Assembly (NCBI GenBank): GCA_016871495.1
Contig: VHDF01000011.1
Span: 12,384 to 76,383, forward strand
Direction: 5' to 3'
DNA from: Verrucomicrobiota bacterium
GTDB lineage: Bacteria > Verrucomicrobiota > Verrucomicrobiia > Limisphaerales > VHDF01
Length of the DNA stretch: 64,000 bases
Shown here: piece after piece, positions 47,887 through 57,669 of the stretch
Layout: every line of letters starts with the position of its first letter
How positions within the stretch are numbered: position 1 is the stretch's first letter
Made by a program: the position numbers and the translations under genes
Notes under the pieces: model-generated
What the model was told of the DNA's origin: nothing
Seen by the model: the letters and a program-made list of their open reading frames with translations, nothing else
Database searches by the model: none

Positions 47887-48012
47887 GATCGGGAATTGCA
47901 GAGCAACGGTTTCTTGCATGCGCGGTTCGGGGGGAACAAGCTCAGCTCATTCATGAAATACTGTCGGAGGACGCTCGCCTTTTGCGGTCGCATGATTCGA
48001 ATCCGATAGCCG

Positions 48013-49296
48013 GTGTTCGCGAGGCGAGTCGGTGGGGCGGTCTTGCTGGCCAGGATGGTCTGTTGCGTTCAGGCAGGGCTTGACCTGCCCTTCTCACTTT
48101 CACCCGCGCTGGAACAGGAGATTTTGCGTCCTGCCTTCGTGGATGCACTGACGGGCGGGACTCCCATCCTGCCCGCGGTGACGAACTTGACTCAGCTGAA
48201 AGCCCGGCTGGACGAATTACTGATTTCACCCCATGGATTCACGAACGCTTATGAAGATCTTTCGATTCAAGAAGCGGTTTACGAGCGCATGCTTTATGGC
48301 AGCACCACGGAACGCTGCCGGGTTGATTTCACGTTTGGAAAACGCCTTTCGGCTCATGCCTATGTGAAGCGGGCCGAACGGGGTTCGGAATCTCCTCGAC
48401 TGGCCATCCTGCTCATCCCGGGAAGCGGCTTCAATCAGTCCTCCGCGATCGCCAGGATGGATCGCCTGAATTACCATGGGGCCATTCTCGGGGAGATCGC
48501 TCCCTATGGCGACGCCTACGTCCTCGTGAAACCCAATGAGGATTTCCTGGCGATTCACAACGGCACGAACAAGCTGAGTTACAATTTCATCTACACCGGT
48601 TTGATTGACCAGGGAGGGACTTACTCCGGGTTGTATCTCATCCAGGCTCTGGCGCTCTGCAAACATCTCCAAGCCCAGTATGACAGGCTCGTCATCATGG
48701 GCTTGTCACAAGGGGGCGCCGCGGCGCTGCTCGTCGCGCTCCAAGCCAGGCCCACCGGCGCCATGGTCGCCTCCGGCTACAGCATCTTGCTGCAGCAAAT
48801 CCAATGGGCCGGCAGCAACCAAATCATGATCCCCAATATCGACGTTTGGTATGCGCGGGATCGAATCCGGGACCTGATGCTCCTTTCCAGAACCCAATTC
48901 TTGTTCACCTGGGGGCGAGCGGAAACCAACTACTACAAAATTGAAGCGGAGACCGGACTGACGTCAGCCTACTTCAAGTCGGTTCCCAATTACCAATCTG
49001 CCGTCCACCCCGCCGGGCATGAGTTTTCCTTCACCGAGGTCGCGGGATTCTTGAACAAGATGGTTCGTGCCTTGAGTCTCCGGGGAACAAGTTCGCAATC
49101 CACAGGAAAGGATTTTCGGATGTCCTGGTCCGGGCTTGTCACCGGCGCCACGTACGAATTGCAATACTCGCCGGACCTGGTGCAGTGGAAAAAGGTGAGA
49201 CGTTGGTCGCAAGAGGAGAACGCCCGCTCCGTTGACCTGATCGAGAACGCTGGCAGTGTCCAGGGCTTTTACAGGTTGCTCGAAACGGCTCCGTAA
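48013..49296 (+). CDS. Secreted alpha/beta-hydrolase-like protein with C-terminal PVC-type FYRL module
   Basis: Signal-like N-terminus; LLIPGSG, MGLSQGG nucleophile elbow, late HPAGHEF; tail YELQYSPDLVQW...GFYRL. Confidence 0.75.
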   Translation: MFARRVGGAVLLARMVCCVQAGLDLPFSLSPALEQEILRPAFVDALTGGTPILPAVTNLTQLKARLDELLISPHGFTNAYEDLSIQEAVYERMLYGSTTERCRVDFTFGKRLSAHAYVKRAERGSESPRLAILLIPGSGFNQSSAIARMDRLNYHGAILGEIAPYGDAYVLVKPNEDFLAIHNGTNKLSYNFIYTGLIDQGGTYSGLYLIQALALCKHLQAQYDRLVIMGLSQGGAAALLVALQARPTGAMVASGYSILLQQIQWAGSNQIMIPNIDVWYARDRIRDLMLLSRTQFLFTWGRAETNYYKIEAETGLTSAYFKSVPNYQSAVHPAGHEFSFTEVAGFLNKMVRALSLRGTSSQSTGKDFRMSWSGLVTGATYELQYSPDLVQWKKVRRWSQEENARSVDLIENAGSVQGFYRLLETAP

Positions 49297-49424
49297 GCTT
49301 GCCGGGCGCGAAACCCAGCCGACGAAACGGCTTCCCGCCAAGGTTCACGCGCGCTTCGGCCGAAAAACCGCACCGTGAAGATCCGCAAAAAAGGCCAAGC
49401 TCCAAACCGAGGCGCCACTCGCCT

Positions 49425-49808
49425 TCACTTCAACTGATCCAGGGGGTCGCTCGACTTCTTGCGGCGTGGTTTGGTCACAGACTTGGCATCCGCCCAAAGG
49501 CTTTCCAAGGCGTACTTTTCCCGCACATCCACCCGCATCACATGCACCATCACATCGACGAAATCCAACACCACCCAGCCGGTCTGTGCGCCACCGTCGG
49601 TGGCGTTGGGACGCAGCCCGTCCTCGCCGCGCAGCTTCTCGGTGATCTCATCGACAATGGCGCGAACGTGCGGGTCGCTGGTCGCGGTGGCCAGGACGTA
49701 AAAATCCGTCACCGAAGAAACTTTTCGCACATCGAGCACGACAAGATTTTCGGCCTTCTTGTTGTCAGCAAGCTCGCGACAACGCTGGGCGAGTTTCCGG
49801 GAGTCCAT
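49425..49808 (-). CDS. rsfS: Ribosome silencing factor
   Basis: ADNKKAENLVVLDVR, DFYVLAT, WVVLDFVDVMVHVM, REKYALESLW. Confidence 0.95.
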   Translation of the reverse strand: MDSRKLAQRCRELADNKKAENLVVLDVRKVSSVTDFYVLATATSDPHVRAIVDEITEKLRGEDGLRPNATDGGAQTGWVVLDFVDVMVHVMRVDVREKYALESLWADAKSVTKPRRKKSSDPLDQLK

Positions 49809-49841
49809 GGACATCGTCTGCCGCGCATTCTGGACGGGAGT

Positions 49842-50417
49842 TCAATCCAGATAAAGCCGATTCTCCAGAAGATCATGCGCCACCGATTCCGGAACCAGGT
49901 GCTCAATGGGCAGGCCAGCCTGCACTCTTGCCCGGATTTCGGAGGATGAAAGCGCAAGCGGATGCCCTCGCAACCGGTGAATGGAAAAGCCCGGCGGAAC
50001 TTCCGTGAAGCTCGCGCCAGGGCGCGGCACAAGAATGAATTCGGCGCTTCGGGCCAGTTCCTCCGCTTCCCGCCACTTCGGCAATTGCGACACGTGATCC
50101 TCGCCGATCAGGCAAAAGAGGGAAGCTTGCGGAAAGCGCTGCCGATAGTGTCGCACGGTATCGATCGTGAACGAAACACCGCCGCGGCGAATCTCCAAGT
50201 CGTCCACCCTGCACTTCGTCTGACCGGCAAGGGCCAGGCGAAGCCAGCGCAGCCGAAAACGCGCCGGCGCAGGCTTTCGCTCAGGTTTGAAAGGAGATTG
50301 CGCCACGGGCACGAAGCTCAGGAAGTCGAGCTGAAACTCCTGCAGCGCGGCCGTGGCCACCAACAGATGGCCCAAGTGAATCGGATCGAAGGATCCGCCG
50401 TAGAGCGCCAGCCTCAT
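49842..50417 (-). CDS. nadD: Nicotinate-nucleotide adenylyltransferase
   Basis: LYGGSFDPIHLGH, SPFK, SFTIDT, LIGED, SSSEIR. Confidence 0.95.
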   Translation of the reverse strand: MRLALYGGSFDPIHLGHLLVATAALQEFQLDFLSFVPVAQSPFKPERKPAPARFRLRWLRLALAGQTKCRVDDLEIRRGGVSFTIDTVRHYRQRFPQASLFCLIGEDHVSQLPKWREAEELARSAEFILVPRPGASFTEVPPGFSIHRLRGHPLALSSSEIRARVQAGLPIEHLVPESVAHDLLENRLYLD

Positions 50418-50436
50418 GCCCTGGATCAAATCGTTC

Positions 50437-52839
50437 TCAGCAACAGCGGCGCACACCTCGGTTGTAGGTTTTCTCAAAATACTCGTCCAACGCCCGCTGC
50501 CGGAGGATTCGCAAATCCGCTTCGGGACCCGTCAATCGAACCCGAATCCCCTGCGGGGTTCTCTCCGCAGCATACACTCCAACGGTCGCGGGGCCGCTTT
50601 CCATCGCCCTGTCGATCGAGGATTGCCCCGAGAGCTCCTTCCCGAGAGCGATGGAAAGCGGAATCAGACTGGCCAGTGAGGACGTGCGTGCCGAGGTCAG
50701 CGCGGAATCGGGCAGCCAAACGGGCGGAGTTTCTGAAAGTTCGGGAGGCTTTTGCCCGCTCCACAACCGGATCCACTCCCTCAAACTCAGCCCCACGATG
50801 ATCGCGACCAAACCGAGAAATACGGAGGCGGCGACCGCGTCAATCCAGTTGTTCAAGTGCTGCCGGCGATTGTCCCGCACCGCTTTGGCGGCTTTGGTGA
50901 GGGCAGCCGCTTCGCCGGCTTGGCGCGCGGCGGACTCCGCTTCAATCAGCGCAGGGAGTTTCGCCTTCAAGTCATGGGCCGCCGCGACAAACCCGATGCG
51001 CTTGTCCGAATGGAAAACCTTTTGCACGCCCGCCGTCAGGGTCACCGTGAGAAGCCAGGCCAGAGGCAAAAGGGTTACCCAAGCCAAGGCCGGGTTCGCG
51101 GGCAATCCCTCTCGCCTTCGCTTGAGCTGGGTTTTCAAGATCACCGTCGTCGCAAAACAGAGTGCGATGGAGGCCAGCAATTGGTTCGCGATGCCAAAGA
51201 GCGGCCAGAGGGCCTTGACCCCTCCGTCCGGATCGCGCACGCCTTGAATCAGAAAAAAGCCCCAGCCGCCCACCATGAGCGTGCTGGCGGCAAGGTTGGC
51301 CGCCGTGCTCTGCGTGTTCCCCAGCGGCTTCCAAAAATGACCCAGCACGTCCTGGATCAAATAACGGCCCACGCGGGTCCCCGCATCCAGCGTCGTCAAA
51401 ATGAACAACGCCTCGAACATGATCGCGAAATGATACCAAAGATCCAGCCAGCGGCCCTGGGTCACCTCACTGAACAATTTCGCCATCCCGACCGCGAGGG
51501 TGGCCGCGCCACCCGTCTTGCCCACCAGGGTCGTCTCCCCCACCTCCCGAGCCAATTGCTCCATTTGTGCCGCCGACACCGGAAACCCCTCCGCGCTAAT
51601 CCTGGCCACAGTGGCACTCGTCTTCACGGCCAGCGTTTCGCCAGGCACATTCACGTTCATGCTCAGATAAACGCCCGGTTCCAACGTGCAGGCCGCAATC
51701 ATCGCCATGATGGCCACCAGCGACTCCAAACACATCGCGCCATAACCCACCGGACGGGCGTAACCCTCCCTCGTAATAATCTTCGGAGTAATGCCGCTGG
51801 AGATCAGGGTGTGGAACCCCGAAATCGCCCCGCAGGCAATGGTGATGAAGCAAAATGGAAACAGCTTTCCACTCACCACCAAACCCGAGCCGTCCACATA
51901 CTTGGTGAGGGGCGGCATCTTCAAATCCGGAAGCACCAGGAACACCCCCAAGGCCAGGGCGACGATCGTGCCCAATTTCATGAAAGTGCTGAGATAATCG
52001 CGCGGCGCGAGAAGCAACCAAATCGGCAGGACACTGGCCGCAAATCCATAGAGAATAATGGACCACGCCAAGGGCTCCTTGGAGAGGGTGAAAAGTTTGC
52101 TCAAGCCCGGACTCTGGTAGACAAACTGCCCGCCCCATACCGCAAGGAGCAGCAGAATCACGCCCAGCACGGTCACCTCCATCACCTTGCCGATCCGCCA
52201 ATAACGCAAATACCCCCCCATGAGCATCGCAATCGGAATGGTCGCGCCCACCGTAAATACACCCCAGGAACTCTCGGCCAGAGCATTCACCACGACCAAC
52301 GCCAGCACCGCCAGCAAGATCGTCATGATGGCCAGAATCGCGACAATGCCGATCGCACCCGCCGCCGGCGAAAGCTCCTCCTTCACCATCTGACCCAAGG
52401 AACGCCCATCCCGCCGCATGGAACAAAACAGGATGACGAAGTCCTGCACCGCCCCTCCCAGCGCCACGCCAATCAAAATCCACAACGTGCCAGGCAGATA
52501 CCCGAACTGGGCGGCAAGCACGGGACCCACAAGCGGACCCGGACCCGAGATGGCGGCAAAGTGATGCCCAAAAACGATCCACTTGTTCGTGCGGACAAAA
52601 TCGTGGCCGTCCTCATGAACCTCGCAGGGAGTGGCCCGGCGATCGTCAAGCGCCAGCACCCGGGCCGCAATCCACTTCGAGTAAAAGCGGTAACCGATGG
52701 CGTAGGTGCATAACGCGGCGATGAGAACGTAAGAAGAATTCACCGGCTCCCCTCGTTGCAGGGCAAGGGTCGCGTACGCGAAAGCACCCAGCCCCGCCAC
52801 GGCGAACCAAAGCAAAACACGAAAAAACGTCGGAATCAT
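50437..52839 (-). CDS. cstA: Carbon starvation protein A with C-terminal extension ending RCC
   Basis: FGHHFAAISGPGPLVGP, LAPRDYLSTFMKLGT, FITIACGAISGFH, FEALFILTTLDAGTRVGR, LWPLFGIANQLLA. Confidence 0.95.
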   Translation of the reverse strand: MIPTFFRVLLWFAVAGLGAFAYATLALQRGEPVNSSYVLIAALCTYAIGYRFYSKWIAARVLALDDRRATPCEVHEDGHDFVRTNKWIVFGHHFAAISGPGPLVGPVLAAQFGYLPGTLWILIGVALGGAVQDFVILFCSMRRDGRSLGQMVKEELSPAAGAIGIVAILAIMTILLAVLALVVVNALAESSWGVFTVGATIPIAMLMGGYLRYWRIGKVMEVTVLGVILLLLAVWGGQFVYQSPGLSKLFTLSKEPLAWSIILYGFAASVLPIWLLLAPRDYLSTFMKLGTIVALALGVFLVLPDLKMPPLTKYVDGSGLVVSGKLFPFCFITIACGAISGFHTLISSGITPKIITREGYARPVGYGAMCLESLVAIMAMIAACTLEPGVYLSMNVNVPGETLAVKTSATVARISAEGFPVSAAQMEQLAREVGETTLVGKTGGAATLAVGMAKLFSEVTQGRWLDLWYHFAIMFEALFILTTLDAGTRVGRYLIQDVLGHFWKPLGNTQSTAANLAASTLMVGGWGFFLIQGVRDPDGGVKALWPLFGIANQLLASIALCFATTVILKTQLKRRREGLPANPALAWVTLLPLAWLLTVTLTAGVQKVFHSDKRIGFVAAAHDLKAKLPALIEAESAARQAGEAAALTKAAKAVRDNRRQHLNNWIDAVAASVFLGLVAIIVGLSLREWIRLWSGQKPPELSETPPVWLPDSALTSARTSSLASLIPLSIALGKELSGQSSIDRAMESGPATVGVYAAERTPQGIRVRLTGPEADLRILRQRALDEYFEKTYNRGVRRCC

Positions 52840-53043
52840 GTGGCGCGAGTCCGCACACTCTATCGGGGGAAGCCACCGTTGAAAAGGTCGATCACGTGCG
52901 CGGTCCTTGCCTCACCAGCCTGACCCTCGCATCGCATTCCCGAGGTCCTGCCTGCTCCCCGATCAACCCATGAAGCGACGTCAACGCCGTACTCCGCCGT
53001 CTTCAGTGCGATGCGCCCCACGCATGGCCTCAACCCGACCCGG

Positions 53044-55938
53044 CTATCGAACCACCGTTTGACCGCTGACTTCTCGCTCGTAAATGCGGGCCAGGTAACG
53101 CAGGTGCGGAACGGTGGAATCGCGTTCCATGCCCATTCGAATCAATCGTCCGGCCAAAGCGTAATCGCGACGCCCCAGCGCAGTCCGGGCTGCCACGTTC
53201 ACAAACGGCATCGGGCTCCAGGTGGCTCCGGCGGCGGAGGGCTTGGGAGCCCTCTCGATGAGACCCGCCATCTCCTCCAGAACAGACCGCCATGATTCCG
53301 GCCGGGTCCGCAACCGATGCTCGGCCTCCAAAAGCGATTGGTGAATGGGGTCCGCGTTCGGAGGAAGCACCAGTTGATGACGGTTCTCATGAAGGGGGCG
53401 GAAAACACAGGGCAACTGCTGGTCGCCAACCATGATTTCCGCCTCGGCGCGGGCGCCATTGGTTGGAAATCGCTGCCTCATGTAACGCGAAAGATCCCCA
53501 TTGAGCGAAAGAAACTCAGTAAAGACAGAGCGCTGGACTTCGGGTGCCAGGCCGTTGAGCGTCGAGCGCTTCGCCTCTGAGGCCAACTCCGTTTGCCAGG
53601 TGCGTTCGTCAAAAAGGAGCAGCAGATAGGAATGCGCGCCAACAAAAAAGGCCTGGGGCGCTTGATACTCCAAAACCGGAAAGTGATCCGATTGAATCGG
53701 ACCCTCTCCCGGCACCGCGAAAGCGGTGCGCTGCGAGGCAAGCTGCCGGGCCCAAACAGCCTCGGGCGAAGTCAACCCGATGCGCTCGAAATCCTTTCGA
53801 GGCTCCGCCCTGGCGAATACCCTTTGATAAACCTCCGGATCACTCTTCCAAGGTCGCTGGCTGCCAAGCATCACCAAATCCCCCTGCTGGGTATCCCAAA
53901 CTTCCATGTGGGGAAAAACTCTCGAAAAAGTCCGCAGCACCAGGGAGACGATGCCATCGTTCATTTCATAAGCGTGAAACCACTGGGTCATGATCCCCCC
54001 TTCCTTCAACTGCGACGCGGCCAGTTGATAAAACTCCAAACTGAACACGCTGCCCACCCCCGCCATCCAGGGATTCGAAGGTTCGCTGATGATCACGTCG
54101 TACTGCTTGCCGCCTAACTTCAAAACCGTGCGCGCGTCGTCATTGATGAGACGCGTGATCGAGTTCGTCCAAACCCCGCGATTGAGCGGATAAAAAAAGT
54201 GGGCGGCGCGAATGACCGGCTCGCAATTCTCAGCGATGGTCAAACTTTGGATGGGATGCCCCAACAAAGCGCCCGCCGTAATGCCGCTGCCAAAGCCCAG
54301 CACAAAGATATCCTTGGCCTCCGGACGCGCCAGCATGGGCAAATGCCCCAGCAAGTATTGAGTCGAAAGATCGCCTTTCGTGGTGGCATCCGCCTTGCCG
54401 TTGATCCGAAGTGTGGTCTGCGCCTGCGATTTAATCCCATCTCCTTGCTCCACGGAAACGGTCGCATCGGCGGCATCCTCGTAAAAAGCGATGCGCAAAC
54501 TCTTGCGATGTTCGCGAATCGATTTCGGATCCACGTCGGTGCTTCGAATCCGAAACATGCCCGAGCTCAGGACATCGCGCCAGCCCGCGCCGGTCGTGGC
54601 ACCCAACACGCCCAATACCACCGCCAATCCCGCCAGAACTCCCGCCGCCCTCCATTGCCGGCGCGGCGCCGCGGTCAAAATCCCCGCCCCGCAGACACAA
54701 ATGGCCAGGATAAAAAACGAACCTCTCAAACCCGCTATCGGCATGAGAACGAAACCGGTCACCAGGGTGCCGACCACCGCACCCACGGTATTCCAGGTCA
54801 GCAAGCGCCCCACCCCACCCCCCAAGGCTCCCGCACAATCCGCCGCGTTCCGAATCCAGAGGGGCACGACCGCCCCAAGCAGCGCCGCCGGGATGCCCAA
54901 CACCACCAGCGACATGCCCGCCGTCAATATCTGGTAGTACCGGTATCCCATCACACTCTGGGCAAGCCCATTCTTGGCGTAGGTGTAGAGATCAACCCAT
55001 TGGGTAATGCCAAGCACTAAGACGCCAATCACCGAAGCCGCGCAAACGAGAAGCACCAGGGTCGCACGATCCGCCGCGATGGACTTCCACCTCGGGGATG
55101 CCACCACCGAACTCCCAAGTCCAATGCCCAGAATGAAGGCCATCAAAACGATCGCGAAGGATTGCAGTGAGGCCCCGAAAATAAGGACCAAGGAGCGCGC
55201 GGATAGCACCTCAAGCCCCATGGACACTCCGCCCGTGATGGCCACCAGCACGCACCCCGAGGCCAGCGGAGAGACGCGGCTGGCCACCGGTGGCGCGGAC
55301 TCGCCTTCTGAACCGGTTCCCACAGCCGGGAGCGCAATCCGTCTCGAAAGCCCAATCGCCGCCAGGCCAATAAACACGTTGGCCAGTGCCGTCAGTTGTA
55401 ACGAGGAGACCATCCCGAGGTTCTTGATGAGATAAAAACCGGCCAGAAACGAACCGGTCACCGCCCCCAGACTGTTGACTGAATAAAACCGGGCGGACCA
55501 CCGGCCCGCGTGTTCAAAAGACTGACGCTGCAGCCACGAAGCCAACAGGGGCAGGGTCCCCCCCATCAGCAAGGTCGGACCGATCAGAAGTCCAACGCTG
55601 AGAACCGCCTTGATCACCAGCAAGGTCGCCGGTTGATCAAGCCGTCCGCCGCCGAGATATCGAAACAACGCGTCCGCCCACCCGTGGAACTCGTGAAAGA
55701 AAAAGGCGTAGATCCCGATGGCAATCTCGATGCGCCCGTAGAGAGCCAGCGGCTGGTGGGTTCGATCAGCCCATTTTCCAAACGCGCGATTGCCCAGGGC
55801 CAGCCCACCCATGAACACGGCCAGGACGACCGTTTGCGCTTGCACCGTGCTTCCCAAAAGCTGGCTCAGATACTTCGACCACACCACCTCGTAGATCAAG
55901 GCCGTCGCGCCGGAGCAGAAGAACAAAAGTAAAACCAT
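53044..55938 (-). CDS. Fused MFS-like membrane / spermidine-synthase-like protein
   Basis: FFCSGATALIYEVVW, multiple TMs, LRINGKADA, LGFGSGITAG, DDARTVL, YDVIISEPSNPW, QWFHAYE. Confidence 0.9.
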   Translation of the reverse strand: MVLLLFFCSGATALIYEVVWSKYLSQLLGSTVQAQTVVLAVFMGGLALGNRAFGKWADRTHQPLALYGRIEIAIGIYAFFFHEFHGWADALFRYLGGGRLDQPATLLVIKAVLSVGLLIGPTLLMGGTLPLLASWLQRQSFEHAGRWSARFYSVNSLGAVTGSFLAGFYLIKNLGMVSSLQLTALANVFIGLAAIGLSRRIALPAVGTGSEGESAPPVASRVSPLASGCVLVAITGGVSMGLEVLSARSLVLIFGASLQSFAIVLMAFILGIGLGSSVVASPRWKSIAADRATLVLLVCAASVIGVLVLGITQWVDLYTYAKNGLAQSVMGYRYYQILTAGMSLVVLGIPAALLGAVVPLWIRNAADCAGALGGGVGRLLTWNTVGAVVGTLVTGFVLMPIAGLRGSFFILAICVCGAGILTAAPRRQWRAAGVLAGLAVVLGVLGATTGAGWRDVLSSGMFRIRSTDVDPKSIREHRKSLRIAFYEDAADATVSVEQGDGIKSQAQTTLRINGKADATTKGDLSTQYLLGHLPMLARPEAKDIFVLGFGSGITAGALLGHPIQSLTIAENCEPVIRAAHFFYPLNRGVWTNSITRLINDDARTVLKLGGKQYDVIISEPSNPWMAGVGSVFSLEFYQLAASQLKEGGIMTQWFHAYEMNDGIVSLVLRTFSRVFPHMEVWDTQQGDLVMLGSQRPWKSDPEVYQRVFARAEPRKDFERIGLTSPEAVWARQLASQRTAFAVPGEGPIQSDHFPVLEYQAPQAFFVGAHSYLLLLFDERTWQTELASEAKRSTLNGLAPEVQRSVFTEFLSLNGDLSRYMRQRFPTNGARAEAEIMVGDQQLPCVFRPLHENRHQLVLPPNADPIHQSLLEAEHRLRTRPESWRSVLEEMAGLIERAPKPSAAGATWSPMPFVNVAARTALGRRDYALAGRLIRMGMERDSTVPHLRYLARIYEREVSGQTVVR

Positions 55939-56410
55939 AGCCCGATCCAGTCCAATTACCCCTAGTTTATCGGAGCGTCGATGACCAAGTTTAAGCCTTC
56001 GAGCTCAAGGATGTTTTAGCCCGGAATTCTCATCCTCGTTTCGCGACTGGGAATTTCCGGTTTCGTGAAACCGCGCCCTGGTCGCCCGAAAACGTATCCT
56101 GAAGGCATGGTCCGAGGAGGAACTTCTTCCAACAGGGTGTGGAAAGCGAAAGGCATCCGTTTGTGGAACGAGGGGCGCGGTTCGATCTCACCCGCATGGT
56201 TGAAACTCGATGGGGAACGTTTCCCTACCCAGTCGAGTGTGAAAGATGCGGGTTTGGGCCTTCGGAGTCGATCAAACCACGGGCCATCGCCAGGCTTCAT
56301 GGTCATCAGCCACTGAAACCTTCTTGAAGTCACAAGGCCTCAACTGCACACCCTCCGCGTGGCGAATTTGAAGGGCGAAGCCGCCAAGGCCGCCTGCATC
56401 ACCCACTTCA

Positions 56411-56471
56411 ACCTCCCGACTAACTTGATGGAGAAGTTACCCACCGTTCCGCACCCTGGCCCGGCGGAGTT
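56411..56471. repeat. Solo left end of family D element
   Basis: ACCTCCCGACTAACTTGATGGAGAAGTTAC..CCTGGCCCGGCGGAGTT. Confidence 0.7.
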
Positions 56472-56622
56472 CTTTTGCTAGAAATGGCAATTGATCAGCA
56501 TCAATCTGTGGCAAGATATTTTAATCACAAGTCTTTGATAATAAAGGTATTGAGAATGTCAACGCTGCTGAATTGCCGATTCTGGTTTGAATTGCCGCGC
56601 ATTTTCGCATATAAATGTTTTT

Positions 56623-56883
56623 ATGAGAACCACGCTTGATCTACCCGATCCGCTCTTTCGCGAACTCAAAGCTCGATCCGCACTGCGCGGTGTGCTGCTG
56701 AAGGACTTCGTCGCCGAAATCCTGGAACTCGGCCTTGCCCAAAACGCCGCAGCTAAACCCGCAGCCCGGCCACGCAGTCCTTTGCCCGTGATCCGCAAGG
56801 CCACCGGCGTCTCGCACCCTGCCCTTTCCAACCGCGAAATCGACGCCTTGCTCGTCGCCGAGGATGCTCATGGCGGCAATTGA
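56623..56883 (+). CDS. Putative antitoxin (RHH-type, VapB-like)
   Basis: MRTTLDLPDPLFRELKARSALRGVLLKDFV; overlaps the downstream PIN gene. Confidence 0.85.
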   Translation: MRTTLDLPDPLFRELKARSALRGVLLKDFVAEILELGLAQNAAAKPAARPRSPLPVIRKATGVSHPALSNREIDALLVAEDAHGGN

Positions 56884-57304
56884 CGTTCCCGACCTCAACC
56901 TCTGGCTCGCCCTCTTCGACCCGGACCACGCGCACCACGCCCGCGCCCGCCGCTATTGGGAAAACGAAGCCGCACCCGACATCGGCTTTTGCCGCGTGAC
57001 CATGCTGGGCCTTCTCCGCCTGCTCACGAACCCCCGCGTGATGCACGGTGCGCCCTTCACCTCCGCAGAAGCATGGGATGCCTATCGCTCCTTCGCGGTG
57101 CTTCCCGATGTGTGTTTCATCGAGGATTCCCTCGCCGCCGAAACGCGCTTCGAACTTTGGAGCCGCGTCCCTGATTTTCCCGTCCACCGTTGGACCGACG
57201 CATGGATCGCCGCCCTCGCTTCGTCCGCTCGATCGCGCGTGGTCTCCTTCGACTCGGATTTCACCACCTTCCCCGATCTTGATTTTCTCCACCTGCGCCC
57301 ATGA
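56870..57304 (+). CDS. vapC: PIN-domain ribonuclease toxin (VapC family)
   Basis: DVPDLNLWLAL..DHAHH, TMLGLLRLLTNP, WTDAWIAA, VVSFDSDF; GAGG 6 nt before ATG 56870. Confidence 0.9.
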   Translation: MAAIDVPDLNLWLALFDPDHAHHARARRYWENEAAPDIGFCRVTMLGLLRLLTNPRVMHGAPFTSAEAWDAYRSFAVLPDVCFIEDSLAAETRFELWSRVPDFPVHRWTDAWIAALASSARSRVVSFDSDFTTFPDLDFLHLRP

Positions 57305-57362
57305 CCGACCCCAGCCAAAAGCAACCGGGCAACACCCTCTCAACGATGACAGCTCGAAGTTT

Positions 57363-57650
57363 TCAGCCCGTGCCCGGATGAGTTGGAATAAGCAGTTCCA
57401 TCGCAATGGCGGTTTCCCTTGCCAAGAGCCATACCCTCAAATGCCCCATCCTCATGCTGAAAGAGGATGTCCGCGAGGTGTCTTTTCCAAGAAGCCCAAC
57501 GGCGATTGCCTTCAGCAGGGTGCTCTTGCCCGAACCGTTGTCACCGGTGAACACCGTCCAGCCGGCGTACTTGCCGTCCGGTCGGGCCAGTTCAAAATCG
57601 AGCGTCTCGAAACCGCGAATGTTTCGGAGCGAGACTTTGTGGATAAACAT
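57363..57650 (-). pseudogene. Truncated AAA/SMC-like ATPase (AAA_21-like N-terminus only)
   Basis: MFIHKVSLRNIRGF...FTGDNGSGKSTLLKAIA Walker A; the ATPase-like sequence appears to end near 57477, with no Walker B. Confidence 0.75.
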
Positions 57651-57669
57651 GGGACATTTCTATCAGAGT

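Noticed and set aside
50410-50445. Selenocysteine read-through of the TGA after CstA RCC
   Set aside because: Both cysteines are already encoded by TGT/TGC, I saw no convincing SECIS hairpin, and nadD starts about 17 nt downstream.
55981-56410. Possible gene fragments (e.g. NLLEVTRPQLHTLRVANLKGEAAKAACITH, and the 105-aa minus ORF)
   Set aside because: I could not match any frame to a family; left unannotated pending BLASTx.
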